From Mobula hypostoma (Eukaryota), in the NCBI RefSeq assembly GCF_963921235.1, contig NC_086097.1, forward strand, positions 9,610,001-9,674,000: a stretch of DNA of 64,000 nt. Direction: 5' to 3'. Below the pieces are notes generated by a model. The model saw only the letters and a list, made by a program, of their open reading frames with translations, was not told the DNA's origin and made no database searches. A program made the translations under genes and the position numbers. This document shows positions 1-11,865 of the stretch, one piece after another; positions within the stretch are counted from its first letter, which is position 1; each line of letters opens with the position of its first letter.

Positions 1-1047
1 GACCTTCTCAGAATGGCAAGCAGTGACTAGTGGGGTACCGCAAGGCTCAATGCTGGGCCCCAGTTGTTTACGATATATATTAATAACTTAGATGAGGGAA
101 TTAAATGCAGCATCTCCAAGTTTGCTGATGACATGAAGCTGGGTGGCAGTGTTAGCTGTGAGGAGGATACTAAGAGGATGCAGGGTGACTTGGATAGGTT
201 AGGTGAGTGGGCAAATTCATGGTAGATGCAATTTAATGTAGATAAATGTGAGGTTATCCACTTTGGTGGCAAAAACAGGAAAACTGATTATTATCTGAAT
301 GGTGGCCGATTAGGAAAAGGGGAGGTGCAACGTGACCTGGGCGTCATTATACACCAGTCATTGAAAGTGGGCATGCAGGTACAGCAGGCGGTGAAAAAGG
401 CGAATGGTATGCTGGCATTCATAGCAAGAGGATTTGAGTACAGGAGCAGGGAGGTACTTCTGCAGTTGTACAAGGCCTTGGTGAGACCACACCTGGAGTA
501 TTGTGTGCAGTTTTGGTCCCGTAATCTGAGGAAAGACATTCTTGCTATAGAGGGAGTACAAAGAAGGTTCACCAGATTGATACCTGGGATGGTAGGACTT
601 TCATATGATGAAAGACTGGATCGACTAGGCTTATACTCGCTGGAATTTAGAAGATTGAGGGGGGATCTTATTGAAACATATAAAATCCTAAAAGGATTGG
701 ACAGACTAGATGCAGGAAGATTGTTCCCGACGTTGGGGAAGTCCAGAACAAGGGATCACAGTTTAAGGATAAAGGGGAAACCTTTTAGGACCAAGATAAG
801 GAAAAACTTCACACAGAGAGTGGTGAATCTATGGAATTCTCTGCCACAGGAAACAGTTGAGGCCAGTTCATTGGCCATATTAAAGAGGGAGTTAGATATG
901 GCCCTTGTGGCTAAAGGGATCGGGGGTATGGAGAGAAGGCAGGTACAGGATTCTGGGTTGGATGATCAGCCATGATCATACTGAATGGCGGTGCAGGCTC
1001 GAAGGGTCGAATGGCCTACTCCTGCACCTGTTTTCTATGTTTCTATG
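1..1047 (+). mobile_element. CR1-clade LINE, 3' part (RT C-terminal half and 3' UTR)
   Basis: GVPQGS and KFADD motifs near the start; ORF 226-975 with LVRPHLEYCVQFWS and RRLRGDLIETYKI; ends in (ttctatgt)n tail; premature stop near 223. Confidence 0.93.
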
Positions 1048-1980
1048 AGACAGGCTAGCCCCTATTGACATCAATGGAATTGGGGTTGAGAGGGTGAACA
1101 GCTTTATGTTCCTCTGTATAAACATCACTGAGAATCTCACGTGGTCTGTACATTCCAGCTGTGTGGTGAAAAAGGCACAACAGCGCCTCTTTCACCTCAG
1201 ACGGTTGAAGAAGTTTGGTATAGCCCCCCAAATTCTAGGAACTTTCTATAAGGGCACAACTGAGAGCATCCTGACTGGCTGCATCACTGCCTGGTATGGG
1301 AACTGTACTTCCCTCAATCGTAGGACTCTGCAGAGAGTGGTGCAGACAGCCTAGCACATCTGTAGATGTAAACTATTCAGGACATGTTTTTTTTTGTGTG
1401 CCATACTCTGCCAGAGCCTTGGCGACCACTTTTTTTTCAAGTGGTTGTCTTGGAGGAAAGATTCTGTGAGTGGTCCCCCACGTCCTTCTCACAGCGCATT
1501 TTTTTTTTTACGAGGCCGAGTTGTGAGCTCCACACTCAAACGGCACGGATGGAAAGCGTGCCCAGGAGCGGCCTGACTGGACTCGGGAACCTTCGCTCCG
1601 GAGTCTGGCGCTGATGTCACTGCGCTACTGTGCCATCAGAACATTTACAGGTGTGTAAAAGGGGCCCAAAAGATCAATGGGGACCCGGGTCACCACAACC
1701 TCAAACTGTTCCAGCTGCTACCATCCGGAAAACGGTACCGCAGCATAAAAGCCAGGACCAACAGGCTCCGGGACAGCTTCTTCCACCAGACCATCAGACT
1801 GACTAATACAGCTGACAGAACTGTATTTCTATGTTATATTGACTGTCCTGTTGTGATAATATTTATTATAAATTACTATAAATTGCACATTGCGCATTTA
1901 GACAGAGATGTAATGTAAAGATTTTTACTCCTCATGTATATGAAGGATGTAAGTAATAGAGTCAATTCAATTCAATCCAA
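1048..1980 (+). mobile_element. Rex1/Babar-type LINE 3' fragment, interrupted by a SINE
   Basis: VKKAQQRLFHLRRLKKFG...ESILTGCITAWYG (DUF1891-like RT tail); (attca)n tail; near-identical to 34718-35390. Confidence 0.85.
1386..1635 (-). mobile_element. tRNA-headed SINE inserted in the Rex element
   Basis: Minus strand starts GGCACAGTAGCGCAGTG (A-box-like) and ends in poly-A; imperfect TSD tcaggacat (1377-1385) / tcagaacat (1636-1644). Confidence 0.7.
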
Positions 1981-2062
1981 TTTAATGAGTGGCAACTGAG
2001 AGTTCCACCTGTCACCTCTCAGCCTCTGTCACTATTCCCAGTCTCCCCTCCTCCATCTACAA

Positions 2063-2826
2063 CAGCGGTCCCCAACCACCGGGCCGCAAAGCATGTGCTA
2101 CAGGGCCGTGAGGAAACGATATGAGTCAGCTGCACCTTTCCTCATTCCCTGTCACGCTCTGATGAACTTGAACATACTGTCCCATATTTGCCGGGACATC
2201 CCGTATATTGGGCTAAATTGGTTTGTCCCATATGGGACCGCCTTTGTCCCGTATTTCCCCCGCTAAGTTAGAGTGTTCCTATGAAACCGTTTGTGCCGAA
2301 ATGGCGTGAAGTGAAGAAGCAATTACCATTAATTTATATGGGAAAAATTTTTGAGCATTCCCAGACCCCAAAAATAACCTACCAAGTCATACCAAATAAC
2401 ACATAAAACCTAAAATAGCACTAACACATAGTAAAAACAGGAATGATATGATAAGTACACAGCCTATATAAAGTAGAAATAATGTTTGTACAGTATATTC
2501 AGGAAGACTGAGCTGAAACTGATTTGTGGGGAAAAAAAATCGGCATGTACGCGCAGGTGCATACACGTCACACATGCGCACAGGAGCCCGCGCGAGGCTT
2601 CATGGTCATGGTAGTCTTTCTCGGGGTAAACACAAATGTCCCGTATTTGACTGCCACTTTTGTCCCTTATTTGGGAGTGAGAAAGTTGGCAACCCTAACT
2701 GTAAAAACATGTTGAGGTGAGTTTAACCCTACCTGAACACCACCCCCACCCCCCAGGTTGGCCGGTCCGCAAGAATATTGTTGGTATTAAACCAGTCTGA
2801 GGTGCAAAAAAGTTTGGGGACCCCTG
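2063..2826. mobile_element. Non-autonomous hAT (Charlie-like) element with a nested hAT-like piece (about 2173-2698)
   Basis: TIRs CAGCGGTCCCCAA / TTGGGGACCCCTG; 8-bp TSD atctacaa / atctacag; inner piece ends GTTGGCAACCCTA and has gtcccg subterminal repeats. Confidence 0.8.
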
Positions 2827-2974
2827 ATCTACAGTACCTATCCTCCCTCCTCACCTGAATATACCTATTGCTTACCAGCTCTTCGCCTAACTTTTCTATC
2901 ACCACTTTATACTAGGTACCTCCCCTCTATCTTTCAGCTAGTGAAGGATCTTGACCCGTACATTGACTGTCCAT

Positions 2975-3400
2975 TTACTGTTCATTTATTGAGAGGAAGT
3001 GTGGAATAGACCCTTCCTGCCCTTCGAGCCACAATCCCTGATTTAATCCTAGCCTAATCATGGGACAACTTAGTGACCAGAGATGGACTAACCTACTAAG
3101 TGCTACGTCTTTCGACTGTAGGGGGAAACTGGAGCACCTGGAGGAAATCCGCTCACTCATGAGGAGAACGTACAAACTCATCACAGGCAGTGGCGGGAGA
3201 TGAACCAGGGCTGCTGGTACAGTAAAGCATTGTGCTAACCCCTACACTACCATGCTGCCACACAGAGATCACGCAGAGGAAACCCACAAAGCCATGGGAA
3301 AGATGTACAAACTCCTTACAGGTGGCGCCAGAGCTGAACTTTGAACCCCGATGCTCCATGTAATGGCATTGTGCTAACCGATATACTGTTGTGCCACCCA
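2975..3400 (-). mobile_element. V-SINE/HE1-like SINE plus a second partial copy
   Basis: tRNA-like head and V-domain-like core gagtttgtacgttctcc...tttcctccaggtgctccagtttcc. Confidence 0.7.
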
Positions 3401-3619
3401 GTATCTGTATCTGCAGGTTATTTTGTCTTCACCTTAATCTTTTAGTTCTATGTGCGGAAGACACCGTGTCTACTCAGTGGATTCCATCAGTAAGATTTCA
3501 ACAAGGGACAATATTTTAACAAAGACTAACTAAACAAACAATATTGTTTTAAAACAATTTTATTCAGTGTAATGAGAGACCAGTCTGGGATTGTGAGAGT
3601 GGAACTGATTGAGGAATAA

Positions 3620-3850
3620 AAAATGATAGGAGGCAAAGATGGAATAAATATTAAGAAACTTTACTCCACAGCAGAGACCTCTCAACTTAGAGAGCCGATA
3701 CTTCATCTAAGAGGTAGAAGATTGAGAGGAGATCTGAGGAAGAATTATTTTTTCAGTCAGGGGGTTGGTGGAATTTGGACTGTATTGTCTGAAGGTGAGG
3801 TAGAGGTAGAAACTCTCACAATCTTTAAAGTATGTAGTTGAGTATTTGAA
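3620..3850 (+). mobile_element. Degenerate CR1 3' fragment
   Basis: LRGRRLRGDLRKNYFFSQGV...IW similar to the CR1 ORF2 C-terminus. Confidence 0.6.
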
Positions 3851-4468
3851 TCAGATTAAATAATTCAAAAAGTATGTAATAAAAAGCTTATATGTGAAAT
3901 AATGACCATGAAACTACTGGATTTGTAAACTACAAGGAACCCACTGTGTTCATTTGCACCCTTCAAGAAAGGAAAGTTGACATCCCCTGTATCCTCATCT
4001 GTAAAATCACTGAAGTAGTTAACTGTTCTATCACATCAGGAACATAAGAATAGTCACCTATATACTACTAAAACTCTCATGCTCTGTCTGTCTGTTTGAC
4101 CTCCAATTAGCGCAAACAATGCATGACAGCGGCACTTTTTTTGGCTAAATCAAATTAAAATGCTCTAACTTACAGAATGCAGGCAAAGTTCAGGGTTATA
4201 TATTCGTATAAAATTGCTCATTCGCCAAACATCAACAGGCTGCCTTTAACCCGAGACCCAATCGGCCATCATGGAAATCGGGACGGCACAGCCCGACACA
4301 TGCGCCTGGCCAGCTTCAGCAGCACCTCACGATGTTCACAGAGCGGGCTCCACCTTCCATGGAGACTGCAACGCCACAGCCCAACGCATGCGCACCGCCA
4401 GCCTCAGCAGCTTGGAGGCTTTGGTGTTACTGCTTCCTATCTTCTAACAAGCATTAGGGTGAAAATAT

Positions 4469-7400
4469 ATGCATAGCCTAATTATGCTGCATGGAAAGAG
4501 AAGGGGGACATTATGGTCAAGAGATGACGCCAAACGTCATCGGGAAGTGGCAAGGAGAGGGAGAGAACAACAGTCGGATGAGGCCAGGGCTGCACGACTC
4601 CAGGATCAAAGAGTCAGGACAAAAAAGATGAGAGAAGACGAGACAAAGGAGGACAGGCATGCACGTCTCCAAAATGACAACAACAGGGAAGACTGAGGAG
4701 AGCACAAGAATTCAATCAGGCCAGGGCCGCACGACTCCAGGATCAGAGAGAAATAACAAATGGAAGAAGAGATGAAAAGATGAAGGATGAAAGGGCTGCG
4801 TGACTCCAGAATGACGAAAACAGGCAGAGAAGGAGGCGAGAGGAAGAGACAGAGGAGAACAGGAAAGATCAACTCGAGAATATGCGGCACAGAGTAATTA
4901 TTGCGAGAGTTGCTGAAGACGACAATGGCCGCTTTTGACGACAATACCTTAACAGAAAGAGCAAAGTCAAATGCACGGCTCGCATGCCGTCACATTTTAG
5001 CTGATGTTGGTTGGATGACCAGAGTATGCTCTCACTGTCGTGCCTTCCTATTCACTGGAGAAATGGCACATTTCTGCTGTATGACAGGAAAGGTCAGAAT
5101 AGGCAATTTGCAGCCTCTACCTAATGAACTCCTCAATTTGTACAGCAATGATGAACCTATTGCAAATGAGTTCAAGAAGAACATCAGACAATACAATTGC
5201 CTCTTCCAAATGACATCCTTTGGAGCCAAAGAAGTCATTCCAACTAGGAATCGATGGAATCCTTCTGTGATTATTCAAGGCCAAATAACCATATAACCAT
5301 ATAACAATTACAACACTGAAACAGGCCATCTCGGCTCTTCTCGTCCGTGCTGAACGCTTCCTCTCACCTAGTCCCATCGAGCTACACTCAGTCCATAACC
5401 CTTCATTCCTTTCCTGTCCATATAGCTATCCAATTTTACTTTAAATGACATTTGGAACCTGCCTCAACCACTTCTGCTGGAAGCTCGTTCCATACAGCTA
5501 CCACTCTCTGAGTAAAGAAGTTCCCCCTCATCTTACCCCTAACTCTCAACTCATGTCCTCTTGTTTGAATCTCCCCCACTCTCAATGGAAAAAGCCTATC
5601 CACATCAACTCTATTTTCCCCCTCATAATTTTAAATACCTCTATTAAGTCTCGTCCCCCCCAACCTTCTACACACAAAGAATAAAGACCCAACTTGTTCA
5701 ACCTTTCTCTGTAACTTAGGTGCTGAAATCCAGGTAACATTCTAGTAAATCTTTGCTGAACTCTCTCTATTTTATTGACATCCTTCCTATAATTCGGTGA
5801 CCAGAACTGTACACAATACTCTAAAGTTGGCCTTACCAATGCCTTGTACAATTTGAACATTACATCCCAACTCCTCTACTCAATGTTCTGATTTATAAAG
5901 GCCAGCATACCAAAAGCTTTCTTCACCACCCTATCCACATGAGATTTCACCTTCAGGGAACTCCACCATTATTCCTAGATCCCTCTGTTCTACTGCATTC
6001 TTCAATGCCCTACCATTTACCATGAATATCTTATTTTAATTAGTCCTACCAAAATGTAGCACATCACATCTATCAGCATTAAACTCCATCTGCCATCTTT
6101 CAGCCCACTCTTCTAATTGGCCTAAATCTCTCTGCAAGCTTTGAAAACCTACTTCATTATCCACAACGCCACCTATTTTAGTATCATCTGCATACTTACT
6201 AATCCAATTTACCACCCCATCATCCAGATCATTAATGTATATGACAAACAACATTGGACTCAGTACAGATCCCTGAGGCACACCATTAGTCACTGGCCTC
6301 CAATCTGACAAACAGTTATCCACCACTACTCTCTGGCACCTCCCATCCAGCCACTGCTGAATCTATTTTACTACTTCAATGTTAATACCTAATGATTGAA
6401 CCTTCCTAACTAACTTTCCATGTGTAACCTTGTCAAAGGCCTTACTGATTTCCATATAGACAACATCCACCACTTTACCCTCCTCAACTTTCCTAGTAAC
6501 CTCTTCAAAAAATTCAATAAGATTTGTCAAACATGACCTTCCACGCACAAATGCATGTTGACTGTTCCTAATCAGACCCTGTCTGTCCAGATAATTATAT
6601 ATACCATCTCTAAGAATATTTTCCATCAATTTACCCACCACTGACATCAAACTCACAGGCTGATAATTGCTAGGTTTACTCTTAGAACACTTTTTAAACA
6701 ATGGAACAACATGAGCAATACGCCAATCCTCCAGCACCATCCCCGTTTCTAATGATATTTGAAATATTTCTGTCAGAGCCCCTACTATATCTACTCTAAC
6801 TTCCATCAAGGTCCTAGGGAATATCCTGTCAGGACCTGGAGACTTACCCACTTTATATTCCTTAAAAGCACCAGTACTTCCTCTTCTTTAATCATCATAG
6901 TTTCCATAACTTCCCTACCTGTTTCCCTTACCTTACACAATTCAATATCCTTCTCCTTAGTGAATACTGAAGAAAAGAAATTGTTCAAAATCTCCCCCAT
7001 CTCTTTTGGTTTCACACATAGCTGTCCACTCTGATTTTATAAGGGACCAATTTTATCCCCCACTATCCTTTTGCTATTAATATAACTGTAGAAACCCTTT
7101 GGATTTATTTTCACCTTACTTGCCAAAGCAACCTCGTATCTTCTTTTAGCTTTTCTAATGTCTTTCTTAATATTCTTTTTACATTCTTTATATTCCCCGA
7201 GCACCTCATTTACTCCAAGCTGCCTATATATTTATTGTAGATATTTCTCTTTTCCCAAACCAAGTTTCCAGTATCCCTTGAAAATCATAGCTCTCTCAAA
7301 CTTTTAACCTTTCCTTTCAGCCTAACAGGAACATAAAGATTCTGTACCCTCAAAATTTCACCTTTAAATGACCTCCATTTCTCTATTACATCCTTCCCAT

Positions 7401-7600
7401 AAAACACATTGTGCCAATCCACTCCTTCTAAATCCTTTTGAATCTCCTTAAAGTTAGCCTTTCTCCAATCAAAAATCTCAACCCTGGGTCCAGACCTATC
7501 CTTCTCCATAATTATATTGAAACTAAATCTATCATTACATAGGACATTTAATTCCAGACCTGACCCAGCAAGCCCAATTCTTTCAAATTTACTATTTAAT
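4469..7600 (+). pseudogene. Helitron RepHel N-terminal remnant (STPR-like repeats, Cys/His zinc-binding-like motif); Rep and helicase domains deleted
   Basis: ORFs 4469-4696 and 4901-5296 plus in-frame continuation 7527-7600; stops and frameshifts between them. Confidence 0.8.
5287..7524 (-). mobile_element. CR1 LINE, 5'-truncated, frameshifted ORF2 with RT
   Basis: [21 protein letters not shown] and KYADD motifs; (ttatatgg)n tail; TSD aaat 5283-5286 / 7525-7528. Confidence 0.93.
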
Positions 7601-9074
7601 GTTCATTCTGGTCACATATTTGTCTTGCTATGTGTCTTTCTTCTTTAATAAGCTGGGTTTTTCTTCTTTAATTTCCAGATGAAAGAAATAGCAATAGCAT
7701 TCAGGAAAACTTAATGTTCATTCTGGTCACATTAGACTGCACTACCCTTCTCTCAAAGGGTGTCCCAACGGGTCACCCCGTTGTTTAGTTAAATGCAAAC
7801 TTTGGCACACTCCATGAGTGAGTGAGAGCCCTCCAGTATTTGCTCAGTGGTGCCCCCATGTGTTAGCTCTGTGCTGCCCTCTGTAATCACTCAGTGGAAG
7901 GACAAGCTGGACCAGGACAATTTATCATAAATCGACAGGCCATATTACTCAGAGACTTTGGCTGTATTAATTTTATCTTTGTGACTGTATCATTTTCTGC
8001 AGTTGTAACCATAAGTGCTATTTGTACTATGTACAGTATGCTGTGTGCTTTTGGAAATGTGTTTTGCATCTTGGCCCCAGAGGAACACTTTCATTTGGTT
8101 GTATTCACATATGGTTGAATGGTAATTAAACTTGAATATTTAAAAAAAATCTCTCTGGTCTCTAATTCTGTCAAAGTAGATATTTTCTTTAGCAATGAGC
8201 TGGTTTGATTAGTGTACCAAAGCAAAATATGCTTATTGGAAAAGCAACCCAATGGCAAGGAGGACATTTTAAATTGCTGAAAACCAGACCAGTTTTGCAT
8301 ATCAACAATTGGTGGTCAATATTCTACCAATTCCAACTAATATTTTGTTTCTTTGAGCTAGTTTCTACTGAGGAGTCACAATCATCTCAACATTTTATGA
8401 AACTGTGACACATATTCATTTTTTCTCGATCAGTGAAATAATAAATCACTTACATAATCACAGCTTTCTGTTCAGCTTTGGAGTTGATAAAGACATGTGA
8501 CATCACTGGCAAGACTTCAGATATCTTAGAAGTTTGGGATGTTAATAACACCTTTCTCACTCCTTACAGAACATTGGTAGGAATCACACCTTCAGTGTTT
8601 GCTTGATCAGCTTATTTGAATCCGTAAAATGTGTTTGAATTAACATTTCCACTCAACAGACTGTTAAGATATTTTCCCATTGTAATCGAATTCCAAGGTG
8701 GTAGTGTTCAATGAATTCAATGCCTGCATAAACACAGGAATAAAGCTGAGGATCTGGCTGAACAAATAGTGCTGATTGCCTGTAACTATGGTGATGAAGC
8801 GGGAAAATTTTTGAACTGCAGCCTTATTAACATCAGGAAAGGTATCGATGCCGTGTGCCCAATTGCCTTGGCCAACAAAAAACTAAGTGTCACAACCGCA
8901 GACTCTGCTGTGGGGTTTAAGTGCCCCCGCAGGTAGGCTACACAGAAACTTCAGTATTTGTACTCATGGGCAGGCACACTCCAACTAATTACTCTTTCAT
9001 TCTTACTATCTTCATTCATTCATTCATTCGTTCACTCTTCATTCTTTCATTATTCTTTCATTCTTATCTCTTAC

Positions 9075-9190
9075 TATCTCTTCTTTCAGTTAGTCCTGAC
9101 GAAGGGTCTCAGCCGGAAACGTCGACTGTACCTCTTCCTATAGATGCTGCCTGGTCTGTTGCGTTCACCAGCAATTTTTTTTTATGTGTG
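9075..9190 (+). mobile_element. Penelope-like element terminal fragment
   Basis: Matches the termini of the PLEs at 26190-26330 and 42245-42355. Confidence 0.8.
9091..9128 (+). ncRNA. Minimal hammerhead ribozyme motif (stem II mutated)
   Basis: tagtc-CTGACGA-agggtctcagccg-GAAAC-GTC-gactg. Confidence 0.55.
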
Positions 9191-9444
9191 TTACTCTTCC
9201 ATTATGGCGGTATTTAATTTGCTTCTTTTCATTGCAGTCTTGTCGAGACTTGACCAAAAGCACAGCATCACTTTGTATTTTTTCCTCACCTTCAGCCATC
9301 TTCTTACTTTGACTCCTTCCCCCTTCCTTTCCAGTCACGATGAAGGTTCTTGGTAATTATTCTACAGATTTATTAAGAATGCCTACTAGAAAATATATCT
9401 CCGGGGACGTATATGTACTTTGATAATGAATTTGAACTTTGAAC

Positions 9445-9890
9445 TTCTACCTGAGGCCAAGTTAATAGGCATATTTAAAGCAGAGATCGGTAAGTTCTTG
9501 GTCCTTAATTAGTCAGGGCTTCAAATGTTATGCTGAAAGGCAGAAGAATGGGAATGAGGGAGATGATAAATCAGCCATGATGGAGTAATGGTGAAGACTC
9601 GATGGGCTGAATGGCCTAATTCTGCTCCGATGTCCTGTGGTCCTATCAACCTTCACTCCATGCATGTTCCTGTTTCTGTCTAACTGTCACTGAAAAATGT
9701 CACTATCACATCTGCTTCCACTATTTCCCCAAGCAGCCCATCCCAGGTACTTGTCACACCCTGAGTGGAAAATCTTATCCCACCCCACACATTTCTTTTA
9801 AACTCTTCCCCCTCTCACTTTAAATACATGTTTTCTATTACTGGACATTTTTACCCTGGGTAAATGACTCTGACTGTCTACCTATGTCTC
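9445..9890. mobile_element. Two old CR1 3' fragments in opposite orientation
   Basis: 3' UTR motif gatgggctgaatggcctaattctgctcc on plus; reverse-oriented ORF2 end follows. Confidence 0.55.
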
Positions 9891-10182
9891 TCATTGATGT
9901 GTATTTAATATTTCAGTCATATTTGAGCAATATTATAAACATAATCATTATTTATTTGTTTAAATATGTCAGTACTGGTTGTAGGTAAAAGTAAATGAAT
10001 TGCATACATCATCATGCTACCTCGTGATACGTGTGTGCCTTGCTGAAAGTAAAAACTCATATTCCTGGCTCCTTAGTTTTCCTTTCAATGAGATAATGTT
10101 TCGGAGTTAAACTTGTAATCTTAGAGACTTTTATCAGTGGTTCCCAACCTGGAGTCCACAGACTCCTTGCTTAATTGTATTG

Positions 10183-10450
10183 GGTGGCATGGTAGCATAG
10201 TGCTTAGCACAATCCTTTACACTTCAATTCCTACCACTGCCTGTAAGGAGTGGGTATGTCCTCCCCCTGGCCACACGAATTTCCACTGCGTGCTGCAGTT
10301 CCCTCCCACAGTCCAAAGATGTACTGGTTGGTAGGTTAATTGGTCATTGTAAATTGCCCTGTGATTAGGCTTGGGTTAAATCAGGGGATTGCTGGGCGGC
10401 GCAGCTCGAAGGGCCGGAAGGGCCTATTCCACACTGTATGTCAACAAATA
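10183..10450 (+). mobile_element. V-SINE/HE1-like SINE
   Basis: ggtggcatggtagcatagtg head; core ...cccacagtccaaagatgtactgg; CR1-like tail gaagggccggaagggcct. Confidence 0.7.
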
Positions 10451-11644
10451 AACAAGGTTGGGAACCCCTGTATTAGGTCCTTCTTCAGCCTGTGACACTC
10501 CAGTGAAAACTGAAATCTCATAGATTCACTGCTGCAGCACTGAGGAGAGGCGAGTGGAGGTGGGGCAGGCAAGTTGGAAACTGGGCCTGAGGGCAAGGAA
10601 GCACCTGAGGTTTGATTGATTTAATTGGAAAGGTTGGGTTTGGGCTGAATCAAGGTGGCAGGGCTCAATTTGTGTTTTCTCTCTGCACAATGGATGTGTG
10701 ACGGTCTTACTTTTTTAAAAATTGGTTCTGTTTGGTTTCTTTGTTTTGTGACTGCCTGAAAGGAGACAAATCTCAAGGTTGTATAAAGTATACATACTTT
10801 GATAATAAAGGAACTTTGAACTTTGAGCAAGAGGAGAATGTGTTCTAGTTTCACTTCTGAGTCTTGAGCAACAAATACAAAGGAACGTTGCAGTGATTAC
10901 TGAAGAAACTGGACTGCATTTGGTGTATTCTTCATGTAAGCATACACAACAAATGTCCCATACCATTGTTTGAAGAGAGCCAAGGGATAACTACCTGGTT
11001 GCACTATTCCCATAATAGACTGAAAGCTCTTACAATCTTAGACTCTCGTGGAATAAATCACTGAAAGCAGCCAACCCAATCTTTAGTCCAAGTGGTGTCT
11101 GACACAGTTTTTTGTGTGAATAAGGATTAATTAAACACTCATGAGGCACATTATCACAATGAAATGAGACAGGGCAAACTCATTTTGTTCATAAAACCAC
11201 AGAGACGGCAAAAGCTTTGTAATTAGTCAACTGTTTAAGCCTTGCATCAAAGGTTCATTTTCTTTATTACAACAGTGACCATATTTCAAAGGTACTTCAC
11301 TGGCTGCAAAGCAATTTGGGTTGTCCTGAGGCCATGAAAGGAAAAAATGAAAGCAAATGTAAAGCAACGTGTTTTTAAGGAATTCTTTTCTGTATTTATT
11401 GTGTCCTGCAGCACTGAAGGCAAATATTCAGTCAATTGACCGACATGCTATCCCATGAGTTTTGTTCCCCATGCATTTCTTCTGGAATTATTTCATTTCA
11501 AATACTAAGGTAATTCACTTTGAAAGGGACTAATTGAATTTCTTTCCACCATCCTTACAAGCGGTGAGTTCCAAATGACAACCAAGCTGGGAAAAGGAAG
11601 TTTTCCCTTGTGTCCTTACTCTAAACTTCAAAATGACACTTGTC

Positions 11645-11865
11645 TATTTATTTGGAGTTACAGCACGGAAACAGGTCCATTTGGCCAACGAGCCACACCA
11701 TCCAGCAGCCCACCTATCTAACCGTAGCCTAATCACATGACAATTTACAATGAGCAACTAAGCTACTAATCGGTTTGTTTTTGAAATGTGTGAGGAAACT
11801 AGAACACCCACATATTCACAGGGAGGAATGTACAAACTCCTTACAGACAGCATCAAAATTGAATT
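11645..11865 (-). mobile_element. V-SINE/HE1-like SINE with its head lost at the CR1 junction
   Basis: Reverse complement of the same core and tail. Confidence 0.6.

Larger units (their letters stand above)
4057..7788 (+). mobile_element. Internally deleted Helitron, interrupted by CR1 at 5287-7524
   Basis: 5' end A|cCTATATACTAC; RepHel N-terminal peptide CSHCRAFLF..E....CC..GKV and FKKNIRQYNCLFQMTSFG...IQGQI resumes after the CR1 as YHYIGHLIP...QFFQIYY; 3' hairpin 7758-7778 then TTAG|T. Confidence 0.88.

Noticed and set aside
226..975. 249-aa ORF and similar RT ORFs (27107-27862, 33513-34373, 44750-45478) as host genes or a prokaryotic RT system
   Set aside because: They are fragments of CR1 ORF2 with flanking stops, frameshifts and LINE tails.
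4560..4880. CRISPR-like repeat-spacer array
   Set aside because: The repeats are degenerate coding repeats inside a Helitron ORF in eukaryotic DNA, with no cas genes.
9895..10110. Possible old solo LTR
   Set aside because: No clear CA end or TSD could be identified.
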